NCBI GenBank assembly: GCA_021208605.1
Contig: JAJOJK010000001.1
Location: forward strand, 5,257 to 69,256
Direction of reading: 5' to 3'
DNA length: 64,000 nucleotides
DNA from: Candidatus Woesebacteria bacterium
GTDB lineage: Bacteria > Patescibacteriota > Microgenomatia > UBA1400 > UBA1396
The notes below the pieces were generated by a model. It saw nothing but the letters and a program-made list of their open reading frames with translations, was not told where the DNA came from and searched no databases. The position numbers and the translations under genes are program-made. Positions 45,077 through 54,545 of this stretch are shown one piece after another; position 1 is the first letter of the stretch, and the number at the start of each line of letters is the position of its first letter.

Positions 45077-45146
45077 TTACATCAGCAGGTTGATCCCTCA
45101 TCGGAGATACGTGCTGATACAAAAGAAGCCCGGGAGGGCTTTTTTT
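45077..45146 (+). ncRNA. Candidate ~70-nt small RNA
   Basis: Follows the consensus promoter; ATCAGCA/TGCTGAT stem, then AAGCCC-GGGA-GGGCTT-T-run terminator; no ORF. Confidence 0.5.
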
Positions 45147-45231
45147 GTACCCCAAGATATGGCGCTTCCATCACACTCATATAAGGACGGTACTGCTCTC
45201 CCCGATTTCCCTGCTACAATACCCCTATCTG

Positions 45232-45305
45232 GCGCCAGTAGCTCAGCTGGATAGAGCAACTGCCTTCTAAGCAGTAGGTCGCGGGTTCGAGTCCCTCCTG
45301 GCGCA
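45232..45305 (+). tRNA. tRNA-Arg(TCT); integration site
   Basis: GCGCCAG/CTGGCGC acceptor stem; ACTGC-CT-TCT-AA-GCAGT; T-stem carries a C50:U64 mismatch. Confidence 0.93.
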
Positions 45306-47075
45306 CAAATTAGCATCCTTAACCCCGAACCTAAAGAAAAGCTCTTGTAGAATATCTTTAGGTAATCGGAAATGGATGTCGAGTTTATACGGGAGCATTT
45401 GCTCCTGTTTCTTTTTCCCAGAAATAATATCTGTTTCGTTTACCGGTCTGGACCGAACAACCACCTTTTCTATAAGGCTTACGAGCAGATCATGAGTAAA
45501 TCGTGGGTTACTCTTGAGATCAAGAAGTGAGTCTTGGTACGTCTGCTGGAAGTAGGTAAGGGTGTCAGCATATTGCTTGGAAAGTGTAATCTTGCCAATC
45601 TTTACTTCAATTTCATCTGCTTCTTTCTGCCAAGATTCGGCTTTCTGGTCTTCCTCAGCGAGTTGTGTTTTAAGTGCTTCTATAGAAGGAATGATGCCGG
45701 CCACATGTTGTTCTTGGAGCAGTTTCTTGCGCACAGGAGTTCCCTTTATAAGGTTGAGTAAGTATGCTTGTTTTTCCTGCAAATGCTTCTTTTCCAACAG
45801 GTTTGATTTCAGTGTGTTTTGATAGTTTATGACCGGTTCGGGGTTATCAAGAAGGAGTCGGACTTGTTCAAGTACGATATTCTCAACTTGGTCTCCAGGG
45901 AGTGGAATGACTGAGCAGGTATGGGAAAACTTCTTTGGATTCCTCCTGCCACACTTATACATGTAACTGATTGTCTGACCTTCATTCGTTGTTACTCTTC
46001 TGGATTCACCAGACCAGGATGGCATCGCATCCGCGCGCCCGCTGACTAAACAGTCTTCGCATTTAAGTAACCCGGAAAGCAGATAAATATGCTGCTCTTT
46101 CTTTTCCCTTGCAACGTTAGTACTAGTCGTTTTGAGTTTTTCAAGCCGTTTTTGAGCCATCTCAAAAACCACGTTTTCGATAATAGTGGGGTATGAGTAC
46201 TCTGTACGTTTCCATTCGGACTTAGGAAGCTTAGTTGCTCCGTTGTATTTGTGATAGTAATGAACGCCAATATACATCTCATTTGAGAGAATTTGACGTA
46301 CTTGATGGGCACGCCAGAAGTAAGGATCGTTCTTTTTCTTCGTCCGACCTTTTCGTTTTTGGTGGAACACGGCGGATGCTGAGGGGGATAGGATTTGTAG
46401 TCGCTTAAGTTCGTCTGCAATGAGCTGTGGTGTTTTATTTTGTGTTATTAACAGATCAAATATCATACTGACGATCTTGGCTTCTGGCTCAAAAACTTTT
46501 GCGGTCTTATCTGGATTCTTGATATAGCCAAAGGTAGCATTTTCCCCCATGATTATTCCTTTATTTACTGCTTGGCGAATACCATCTTGTGTGCGTTGCT
46601 TCATGGTTTCAATCTCAAGCTCGGCGATGACTCCAATGATGCTCAATATGGCGCGACCAAAAGGAGTGCCAGTATCTATGCTTTCATTTGCCGAAAGGAG
46701 CTTTACGCCATGTTCATTGAAAAGGTCAATCACATCCATGAGGACTTTGAGTCTTCGAGCGAACCGGTCTATACGATAAACAGCAACAACATCAAAAGGT
46801 TTTTTTCCATCTGGTGACTGAATAAGATCCTCTATTAACCGAGAAAAACCTGGCCGACTGCCAATTTCAGTGGTTCCACTGACTCCATCATCAACATACA
46901 CGTATTGAGGTCCTGCCAAAACGGCACGAGGAGTACCATCTTCGAGATGACCTTTCGATTTGACAAGGGACTCTACGGCCTCTTTTTGCAGATCAAGGCC
47001 ATATTTATCCACCTGATCATCAGTGGAGACTCTGAGATAGATAGCAACTCGAAGTTGCGTAGTTACGTCTGTCAT
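45267..47075 (-). CDS. Large serine recombinase/integrase
   Basis: 'AIYLRVSTDDQ', 'DDGVSG', 'DRFAR', recombinase-domain 'ILSNEMYIG', Zn-ribbon 'LLSGLLKC..C', coiled coil; C-terminus overlaps the tRNA-Arg 3' half. Confidence 0.95.
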   Translation of the reverse strand: MTDVTTQLRVAIYLRVSTDDQVDKYGLDLQKEAVESLVKSKGHLEDGTPRAVLAGPQYVYVDDGVSGTTEIGSRPGFSRLIEDLIQSPDGKKPFDVVAVYRIDRFARRLKVLMDVIDLFNEHGVKLLSANESIDTGTPFGRAILSIIGVIAELEIETMKQRTQDGIRQAVNKGIIMGENATFGYIKNPDKTAKVFEPEAKIVSMIFDLLITQNKTPQLIADELKRLQILSPSASAVFHQKRKGRTKKKNDPYFWRAHQVRQILSNEMYIGVHYYHKYNGATKLPKSEWKRTEYSYPTIIENVVFEMAQKRLEKLKTTSTNVAREKKEQHIYLLSGLLKCEDCLVSGRADAMPSWSGESRRVTTNEGQTISYMYKCGRRNPKKFSHTCSVIPLPGDQVENIVLEQVRLLLDNPEPVINYQNTLKSNLLEKKHLQEKQAYLLNLIKGTPVRKKLLQEQHVAGIIPSIEALKTQLAEEDQKAESWQKEADEIEVKIGKITLSKQYADTLTYFQQTYQDSLLDLKSNPRFTHDLLVSLIEKVVVRSRPVNETDIISGKKKQEQMLPYKLDIHFRLPKDILQELFFRFGVKDANLCARRDSNPRPTA

Positions 47076-47184
47076 GAATGCTGTGTTCTTGTATAGGAAC
47101 AGCAGACCCCGAAGTAGCTGTTTCAATGAATGATACACCATACTAGTGGGGGTTTTTACAGTAAGAGATATATAATAAGCTTTA

Positions 47185-47814
47185 ATGAACTTTTACTCAC
47201 AAATCCCTTTTTGGGAAAACAAACTCAGGCAGCGAGAGCTAAATTCGTTTAAAGAATCAATTGAACATTATTTCCAAGATCTTGAGTATGATGCCCTAGG
47301 TGACCCCATGGTTACTGAAAAAGGGATGAAAGTACGATCCTCGATAAATAAAAAAATAGACTACATAGGCGACGTTATTCGGTTGGCTGGAATAAATACG
47401 AAGATTACGTACTATCCTCCTCCAGCTATCGGTGGCCCGGTTACAACGCTCGATGTTATTGAAAACACCTTTAACCTTCGATCATTTAGCATTACTCCCA
47501 TAGAAATCATTGATCAACTTGATAAGGCACTCGGTATCTACGAGGCAGATGAAAAAAGGGCATTTATTCGTACCTTTAATCCTTTCTTTTGGATGGGAAG
47601 ACTATTTGTTTGGCTATCGTCACTTCCATTTATGTTCTTACACCATGCTGGCTTTGATGTGGTGAAGATACAAACTACTATATGGGGAAAGCTTTTGAAA
47701 CTTTTCTTTGATTGTGTGGCGTTCGCTGCGGGAGTCCTCACCATTTTCCAGGTGCTTGGATATGTTGGTGTTTTGCAATCACTAAAAGCAATTATTGATT
47801 CAATGTTGCCGTAA
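47185..47814 (+). CDS. Hypothetical protein with C-terminal TM segments
   Basis: 209-aa ORF; TATAAT 9 nt upstream; hydrophobic C-terminus. Confidence 0.65.
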   Translation: MNFYSQIPFWENKLRQRELNSFKESIEHYFQDLEYDALGDPMVTEKGMKVRSSINKKIDYIGDVIRLAGINTKITYYPPPAIGGPVTTLDVIENTFNLRSFSITPIEIIDQLDKALGIYEADEKRAFIRTFNPFFWMGRLFVWLSSLPFMFLHHAGFDVVKIQTTIWGKLLKLFFDCVAFAAGVLTIFQVLGYVGVLQSLKAIIDSMLP

Positions 47815-47816
47815 AA

Positions 47817-48254
47817 TCACGGATTCTCTCGCAGTTTTCCATAGAGTAGGTGTAGTGTTGTCTCATCATCTGTTTCACTTGAGAAAATACCAACAGAGAG
47901 CTCCTTTACAGAGCTTGTTCCAGAAATAGGATAAACGCGATAGTTCTCAAGAGAAAACTGGCTTACGTGATACTGTTTTCGCAGTTCATCTGAATCGGCC
48001 GATTTAATAAGGCCAGCGAGCTTGTGAGCTGCTTTTACCGGGTCAGATTCATTTATAGCCTGAACAAGTGATTCACTCTTGGAAGGTTTGCCACTCACTT
48101 TCTTGCCATGAATGGTAACTTTAGCAGTAGGATCCATTTTTATGGCAATAAGGTCAGTAAACCCATCATTAATCTCAGTCTCTTCACTCGGTGAGTTTTC
48201 ATCTTCTTCATCGAGCAGATACTGTTTGTAGTTTTTGAGATCGATGACTGACAT
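47817..48254 (-). CDS. Hypothetical protein
   Basis: 145-aa ORF with an acidic N-terminus; no motif. Confidence 0.55.
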   Translation of the reverse strand: MSVIDLKNYKQYLLDEEDENSPSEETEINDGFTDLIAIKMDPTAKVTIHGKKVSGKPSKSESLVQAINESDPVKAAHKLAGLIKSADSDELRKQYHVSQFSLENYRVYPISGTSSVKELSVGIFSSETDDETTLHLLYGKLRENP

Positions 48255-48335
48255 GGATTAACAGTATCCTACCAGAGTTTCAGAAGCATTCTAAACGAGG
48301 TATTATTAAATGATACATACGCAAGAAGGCTTTTT

Positions 48336-48716
48336 ATGGCAAAAGTTGGTAGACCTACTAAATACAAACGCAAATATTGTCAGGTAGCCTCGGATTTTCT
48401 TTCTCAAGGCTATTCCAAGGAGGCTTTAGCAGGAGAATTAGGGATTTCCAGGCAGTGCCTGTATGAATGGCTAGAGAAACATCAGGAATTTGGTGACACG
48501 GTGGCGCAGGCGGAAGCCAAGGCACAATGCATCTGGGAAAAGTACGGCCAAGATGCGGTTCAAGGGAAAATAAAAGGATTCAATACCTCGGTGTGGATGT
48601 TTGTGATGAAGAATCGCTTCGGATGGAAAGAGCGCGAAAGCATTACTTTTGATCAGGAGCCGATTACTGGAGTATCAATACTTGCTCCCGTGGGATCTAC
48701 TATTTCGGAAAGTTGA
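48336..48716 (+). CDS. Phage terminase small subunit-like protein
   Basis: 'GRPTKY' N-terminus, HTH 'LAGELGISRQCLYEW...H.EF', 'WMFVMKNRFGWKE' oligomerisation-region motif. Confidence 0.75.
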   Translation: MAKVGRPTKYKRKYCQVASDFLSQGYSKEALAGELGISRQCLYEWLEKHQEFGDTVAQAEAKAQCIWEKYGQDAVQGKIKGFNTSVWMFVMKNRFGWKERESITFDQEPITGVSILAPVGSTISES

Positions 48717-49234
48717 ATACCAGCTTTCTCAAAAGCATCAAAATAAGCTTGATAATCAGATTCACTGTATGTGGTCATAACAATCTGCTTGATTCGCGCC
48801 GCTTTCTTCTCTTGATAGTCAGCGAAAACATCAGCTACAACAGATGCCGCATCATCTATTGGAAAGGCATGAGTTCCGGTAGATATGGAAGGAAAAGCAA
48901 TGGAGTCACACTCAAGCTTCTCAGCGAGTGCCAGTGATGCTTTATAGCACTGAGCTAGCAAAAGAGACTCTCTCCCGTTTTCACGACCATACAACGGCCC
49001 AACGGTATGAATAACATGGCTAGCTGGTAGGCAATAGCCTTTTGTAGGTACGACCTCACCGACTTCGCAGTGACCAATAATACGGCATTCTCTTTCAAGT
49101 TCTTTCCCAGCGGCTCGATGGATAGCGCCACAAACTCCACTTCCGGCTAAAAGCGACCGATTAGCAGAGTTCACAACAACATCAACTTGAAGAGTTGCTA
49201 TATCGCCTAAAAAGACACTTATTTTTGGTTTCAT
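48653..49234 (-). CDS. Macrodomain ADP-ribose hydrolase (YmdB-like)
   Basis: 'GDI', 'VVNSAN..L..GSGVCGAIHRAAG', 'VIHTVGP', 'AFPSISTG'. Confidence 0.93.
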   Translation of the reverse strand: MKPKISVFLGDIATLQVDVVVNSANRSLLAGSGVCGAIHRAAGKELERECRIIGHCEVGEVVPTKGYCLPASHVIHTVGPLYGRENGRESLLLAQCYKASLALAEKLECDSIAFPSISTGTHAFPIDDAASVVADVFADYQEKKAARIKQIVMTTYSESDYQAYFDAFEKAGIQLSEIVDPTGASIDTPVIGS

Positions 49235-49293
49235 GGCTGACGAGGATATTTTTCCTTGTGGTCCATTAATACCATATTGTGAACAGATAGGAC

Positions 49294-49467
49294 TTAGCGT
49301 TTTTTCTTTCTCAATCCGAGCATTCGAGCTAAAATGGCGAAAACACCGATTAATCCGATAAGCTTTCCTACATTATAGGTAAAGGATGGACCAAACATTG
49401 TTCCCAAGCCGATTACTATGAAGATTAAGATGAACGCGCCTGCTACTCGAAAAAGCAACCTCTTCAT
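49294..49467 (-). CDS. Small 2-TM protein
   Basis: GGAGG RBS; ATGA-coupled to the upstream small ORF. Confidence 0.55.
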   Translation of the reverse strand: MKRLLFRVAGAFILIFIVIGLGTMFGPSFTYNVGKLIGLIGVFAILARMLGLRKKKR

Positions 49468-49634
49468 TTCTCTCCTCCGGATCGGCAAACATCAAAAAGT
49501 ATGAAAGTTGTGCATTCCCCTCTTATCTGCCTGGAAAACCAACGATACGTCCTTGTAATGTGGTTACTAAGCATGAACACGAAGATCAAAATGGCGATTA
49601 TTGGAGCAATGTACTGAATGATTTTTTCCGACAT
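49464..49634 (-). CDS. Small 1-TM protein, 56 aa (not in the ORF track)
   Basis: MSEKIIQYIAPIIAILIFVFMLSNHITRTYRWFSRQIRGECTTFILFDVCRSGGEK*. Confidence 0.5.
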   Translation of the reverse strand: MSEKIIQYIAPIIAILIFVFMLSNHITRTYRWFSRQIRGECTTFILFDVCRSGGEK

Positions 49635-49723
49635 ATGATTTGTTTGTCCTATGCATAAATAATAGCATAAACTCTCAATACTAGTGCGTAATAATTTAAT
49701 GCGGATTCATATGCAATATCTTC

Positions 49724-49984
49724 ATGAAAATAAAAAATATTCAAAAGGTCGAAGAACGCAGAAAAGAAAAGCAAGCTTTTGCCAAGAAACTTGGCGACCA
49801 TCTTCGAAAGGTTCGTAACAAGGTAGGAAAAAGCCAGGAAGACCTCTCAATGGATGCTGGCTACTACCGTACGTATGTTGGCAAGATCGAGCAAGGTCAC
49901 TATTCTCCAAGTGCTCACACCATTTGGCGACTAGCTCATACTCTGGGAATGAGCTTGGATGAGTTTTTTGAGGGGTTTAAGTAA
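49724..49984 (+). CDS. XRE-family HTH regulator (C-protein/CapH-like)
   Basis: 'LG..LRKVR...SQEDL...RTYVGKIEQG..SPS..TIWRLAHTLG'. Confidence 0.9.
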   Translation: MKIKNIQKVEERRKEKQAFAKKLGDHLRKVRNKVGKSQEDLSMDAGYYRTYVGKIEQGHYSPSAHTIWRLAHTLGMSLDEFFEGFK

Positions 49985-50074
49985 AACCTTTATTTTTTGA
50001 TTTAAAGCAATCAGTAGCATTCACTTACATAGTGGTAAAATTAGCGTGTTTTATAGATAGACTAGCTAGGTTAT

Positions 50075-51268
50075 ATGAAGCTTAAGACAATTGATAAAAA
50101 AGATTTGCGCGAAATCATCCAGAGTGGGCACATTAATTTTTTAATTGGTTCTGGTTGCTCTTCTGGCTATCTCCCAATGCTTGGCGATATTGAAAAAAGA
50201 ATGAATGATCCTGCTACTGAGGAGGATTCAAAGAAACAGTATCTTGCCATTATTAATAAATCAAAAGCGATTCTGGATGAAAATAGAGAAACAGATCAAT
50301 CTGAAAAAGCAAACCTACTGAAAACAAAAAAAGCGTATGGTGATTTCCTAAATTTCTGGTTAGAAACACTATCCAGGAGAGCATTACCAATCGTAAACAA
50401 GCAAATCAACGTTTTTACAACAAACTTTGATATGTTTATTGAAGATGCTTGTGAATCATCAAGTATCCCTTACAACGATGGATTTTCTGGACAAATAAAA
50501 CCTGAATTTGATCCAGCAAACTTTAATCGAATCCAAAAGTATAAAACTCTCCAGTTCGATAACATTTCTGATTTCCCTCTATTTAACATAGTAAAATTGC
50601 ATGGCTCTCTTTCATGGGAAGCGACGACAGATAAAACAATTGTATATTCCCAAGGGGATCACATTAAAGACAATCTGGGTACATTGTCAGGTTCTGCTTT
50701 TCTCGATGAGTATAAAAGCCAAGTCGCTGTAATTAATCCGAATGCGGAGAAACATTATGAAACTGTTCTGGATATTAGACATGCAGCACTCTTAAGAAAA
50801 TTCACATTAGAACTAGAAAAAGAAAACAGTATTTTATTTGTATTTGGAACCTCATTGGGTGATGGTCACATTAAGCACTTACTTGATACCGTAATGAGAA
50901 CGAATCCTACGTTGATAGTACTTTACTTTTCATTTTCTCCATATCAAACAGATAGGCTTGGCGAGAAAAAATATCCCAACCTATATGTTGTATACCCAGA
51001 CTTAAAGATAGAATCGTTTGATGCAGTGTTCGGCAGTGAGAGCAGGCATCAATGGGAGTCGTTCGTGGTGGATCCAAATGCTGAGAAAATTGAACCTGTA
51101 GATGAGATCAAGACCAGATTACATGAAATTTCAGAGGACACAGATGAAGGTATCGAATTAAAAAATAAATTGAAGTCCATTTTCGAATTCACTTTTGAGA
51201 AGAATACAGAATTTTTAATGGAGATCTTTCAAAAAAAGGTAGTTGATAATGAGCAACGAGAAATTTGA
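50075..51268 (+). CDS. SIR2-like NADase of a Sir2-HerA antiphage system
   Basis: 'INFLIGSGCS', 'FTTNFD', 'YNDGF', 'KLHGSL', 'FG.S.GD.HI'. Confidence 0.9.
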   Translation: MKLKTIDKKDLREIIQSGHINFLIGSGCSSGYLPMLGDIEKRMNDPATEEDSKKQYLAIINKSKAILDENRETDQSEKANLLKTKKAYGDFLNFWLETLSRRALPIVNKQINVFTTNFDMFIEDACESSSIPYNDGFSGQIKPEFDPANFNRIQKYKTLQFDNISDFPLFNIVKLHGSLSWEATTDKTIVYSQGDHIKDNLGTLSGSAFLDEYKSQVAVINPNAEKHYETVLDIRHAALLRKFTLELEKENSILFVFGTSLGDGHIKHLLDTVMRTNPTLIVLYFSFSPYQTDRLGEKKYPNLYVVYPDLKIESFDAVFGSESRHQWESFVVDPNAEKIEPVDEIKTRLHEISEDTDEGIELKNKLKSIFEFTFEKNTEFLMEIFQKKVVDNEQREI

Positions 51269-53135
51269 TTTACAAGATGATCTTGCAAGCAATTCTGTTT
51301 TCACAATTGGGAATGTTTTCAGTGTTAGAGGAAAAGATATTGTTGTCAGAGTAAACAAAGATAAAAACCTCCCTCACCTCTTTTTTAAGGGTAAAACAGT
51401 AAAGAACGTTTCTGTAGGCCTGTCCAACTATGTAAAGATTCTTAAAGGATTTACAGAAATAATTTGCAAAGTTGAGGGCGAGTATTTAGAAGAAGACAAG
51501 TTTCAAACTAAAAAAACGTATGCCAATGAAAAGCAGAAAATTGAAAGGTTTCTCAACGTATCTGTCTTCGGTTTTTATGATAACGAAGGACAATTTCAGC
51601 ATGGTATAAAAGAAATGCCGTTAATCGGCAGTGAGTGTCGAATATTATCTAGAGAAGAGTTTGAGAGACTACATGAGTTATCAAATGATGATCTGTCAAT
51701 CCCTTTGGGAACACTTATTGACGAAGAAACTCAGGAAATATCTGTCTCGGTAAATAATCTTTTTGCAGGACATATAGGCATATTCGGAAATACTGGATCT
51801 GGAAAGTCAAATACTCTTGCCAAAATGTTTACCGAGTTATTCGCTTTGCAATCAAACAATAGTAATTTTAACTCCAAATCAAAGTTTATTTTTATAGACT
51901 TTAATGGCGAATACTCAGGTGATTTAACGTTATCAACTCCTAAAGAAATTTACAAACTCAATACTGAAATAGAACTGGAACACACCCGGTCAGAGAATAA
52001 AATTCCACTAACTGAGAAAAGCTTTATTGACCTTGAATTACTCTCAATATTGTCTAATGCTTCTGAAAAAACTCAAAAACCTTTTTTGAGTAGAGCTGTT
52101 AATTTGTATAAAAAAATAATAATAAAAGAAGAAGAAGATCCACTTGAATACTTTAAGAACATTCTGAAAATTAACGCTCTGCGAATCTTAAAGTTGAAAA
52201 ATAAGGACTTAGCATTCTTATGTCTAGACAGATATAAGCAAATATTAAAAATTCAAAATGATGATACGGAATTTACAATACCCGAATGGCATAACACTCA
52301 TTCCTATTTCAAATGTGGTGGTGAAGCCGACTATGACAATATATCTGATGAACAATATAAATCACAACCTATTTATATTAGAGCGGATGACTACACATTC
52401 CCTGAGAATATAATTGAAAAATTCTTGGATATAGCTAGAGTGCAATTATTATATGATTTACTTGATTACAGAGTTCAGAATGAACATGTTTACCCATGTA
52501 TAACTAAGCTTGAAAGTATTAAAAAGAGTATTAAAAAAGTAATTGATACTTCTGTAAATCATAATAGAGATATTTTCCGCCAGCATAACTTAGCAGTTAT
52601 CGATCTTAAATTCTCGAATAGAGAAATCAAAAAGGCAATCCCATTAGTTGTTTTGAAATGGTTGTATGAGAATCATAAAAACACATATGATGGCAACTCA
52701 TCGCTGCATATAGTTATTGATGAAGCTCATAATATCTTATCCGAGAACTCGGTCCGAGAATCAGAAACCTGGAAGGATTACAGACTTGAAACATTTGAAG
52801 AGATTATTAAAGAGGGTAGGAAGTTTGGAGTTTTCTTGACAATTGCCAGCCAAAGACCTTCTGATATTTCTCCTACAATAATTTCTCAGCTACATAATTA
52901 CTTTATTCACAAGTTAATGAATGAAAATGACTTAAGAGCTATTAATAAAGCTGTTAGTTATTTAGATAAGTTGTCATTTGACTCAATATCAAATCTTTCC
53001 AAAGGATGTTGTTTTATTGCTGGCCAACTCACACAATTTCCTCTCTCAGTAAAAGTGAAGTTGCTAGATAAACCTTTACAACCCAAAAGCGAAACGATTA
53101 ATCTGGATAAGCTTTGGAGGGGTAGAGGTAATTAA
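51249..53135 (+). CDS. herA: HerA-like ATPase of a Sir2-HerA system
   Basis: 'HIGIFGNTGSGKS', 'FIDFNGEY', 'IVIDEAHNILS', 'KEGRKFG', 'SQRP', overlapping the sir2 stop. Confidence 0.93.
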   Translation: MSNEKFDLQDDLASNSVFTIGNVFSVRGKDIVVRVNKDKNLPHLFFKGKTVKNVSVGLSNYVKILKGFTEIICKVEGEYLEEDKFQTKKTYANEKQKIERFLNVSVFGFYDNEGQFQHGIKEMPLIGSECRILSREEFERLHELSNDDLSIPLGTLIDEETQEISVSVNNLFAGHIGIFGNTGSGKSNTLAKMFTELFALQSNNSNFNSKSKFIFIDFNGEYSGDLTLSTPKEIYKLNTEIELEHTRSENKIPLTEKSFIDLELLSILSNASEKTQKPFLSRAVNLYKKIIIKEEEDPLEYFKNILKINALRILKLKNKDLAFLCLDRYKQILKIQNDDTEFTIPEWHNTHSYFKCGGEADYDNISDEQYKSQPIYIRADDYTFPENIIEKFLDIARVQLLYDLLDYRVQNEHVYPCITKLESIKKSIKKVIDTSVNHNRDIFRQHNLAVIDLKFSNREIKKAIPLVVLKWLYENHKNTYDGNSSLHIVIDEAHNILSENSVRESETWKDYRLETFEEIIKEGRKFGVFLTIASQRPSDISPTIISQLHNYFIHKLMNENDLRAINKAVSYLDKLSFDSISNLSKGCCFIAGQLTQFPLSVKVKLLDKPLQPKSETINLDKLWRGRGN

Positions 53136-54031
53136 TGTTGTTCTGCAATCACTTGCAAGTATCTTTCAAGTAATTGCCTATTCAGAATCATAAGGTTAAT
53201 ATCATATTCCATCAGAGCCTGTTTGTTTTTCCACAGAGCGATAAACCCGCCAGCGTCCTCAAAACCAGCAAGTTTACCTGTATGGATGTATTGTGATCTA
53301 ACTGGATGATAAAGTTTTTTCATCAAAGAAACCCACGTTTGAGAATAGGGCTCATCTATAAGATCATTTATGAGTTTTGCCATTTCTTGAACATGACTTG
53401 TGCTGTGAGAGAGTGCAGAGACTTCCTCGCATTCCGGGCATATAAGCTTTACTTCTTTTTCATGTACACTATGTGGTTCATCAGCCAACTGGTTTATTGA
53501 TGCCAAGTGTAGTGTCATGTACAAGGTGTATCGATACTGTGGATTAGGTAGATGAGCAATTTCTCGTGCATGGCAATAAGTTTGCAATGCTTGCCAAAAT
53601 TTTGTTTGTTTTTCAGGTGGTAGTTTATGAATGAGTTGAACATATGCAGCGATTCTGAGTGGCAAATCCCAATCCAACTGATTACCAAAGCGAATTTCTG
53701 GATTATAGAATTTTGAGGCTAGGTTACTTTCAATGAACTGATCAATTTCTTCATCTACTGTTTCCCAACGACACATAGGGATATTTGTATATGATAGACA
53801 AATAAGGTTTTTTATTCGTTCAACACTCTTATAGGAAGTTTCTTCATTTAGTTCACTTTTTATATCAAGGATTATCCCTAGTTCACCATCGTGTTCCATG
53901 CCCAAATGAGATCGACCCTTATAAGCAAAAATTTTCCCACCCTGAATAATAGAGTCGGCTAATGCTGGGAAAGTATATGATGGTTCTTTTGAGTTATAAA
54001 CGAACCCAGGAATGTATGTAAAAAGCAACAT
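53132..54031 (-). CDS. HEPN-like protein with CxxC insert
   Basis: C-terminal 'LYHPVRSQYIHTG' (Rx4H) and 'CPEC'; helical C-domain. Confidence 0.55.
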   Translation of the reverse strand: MLLFTYIPGFVYNSKEPSYTFPALADSIIQGGKIFAYKGRSHLGMEHDGELGIILDIKSELNEETSYKSVERIKNLICLSYTNIPMCRWETVDEEIDQFIESNLASKFYNPEIRFGNQLDWDLPLRIAAYVQLIHKLPPEKQTKFWQALQTYCHAREIAHLPNPQYRYTLYMTLHLASINQLADEPHSVHEKEVKLICPECEEVSALSHSTSHVQEMAKLINDLIDEPYSQTWVSLMKKLYHPVRSQYIHTGKLAGFEDAGGFIALWKNKQALMEYDINLMILNRQLLERYLQVIAEQH

Positions 54032-54072
54032 TATGTTGATTATACTTTCTTGCTATGAAATAGTAATTCCAT

Positions 54073-54543
54073 ATGCCAGAACTTACTCGCAACGAACTTG
54101 CTATCGAAGATCTGCGCCGGCGTGCTAAGGATAATAAGGCCCAAAATGCTGCTCAATTCGCAACCCTGTCAGAGTCATATCTTGATAAAACAAGAAATGT
54201 TCTTTTTCTCATCAGTTTTGCTATCCTGACGTACTTAGGCGCAATTCAAAAAACTTTAACTACTTGTGAAACTGTATTTTTACTTGCTTCAATAATTTTT
54301 GGCATAGTTTCATATTTGGGGTCATATCGCTATGCTTGGGCGCTAAGCCGTTACTACTCTGATCTTGAACGCAATTTAGCAAGAGCGTTTCCGAGTCAGG
54401 AAGAATATAACCAGATGCTGTTGAATGAGTCGAGTATTAGTACGCAACATTCAAGAAGACATGTTCCTCAATTTTTTGCACTTGGATTTCTTCTTGCTCA
54501 GGCTCTAGTACTTTTCTCTACACTTTTGGGAATTTTTATCTAA
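54073..54543 (+). CDS. Small multi-TM membrane protein
   Basis: Three hydrophobic segments. Confidence 0.6.
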   Translation: MPELTRNELAIEDLRRRAKDNKAQNAAQFATLSESYLDKTRNVLFLISFAILTYLGAIQKTLTTCETVFLLASIIFGIVSYLGSYRYAWALSRYYSDLERNLARAFPSQEEYNQMLLNESSISTQHSRRHVPQFFALGFLLAQALVLFSTLLGIFI

Positions 54544-54545
54544 TG

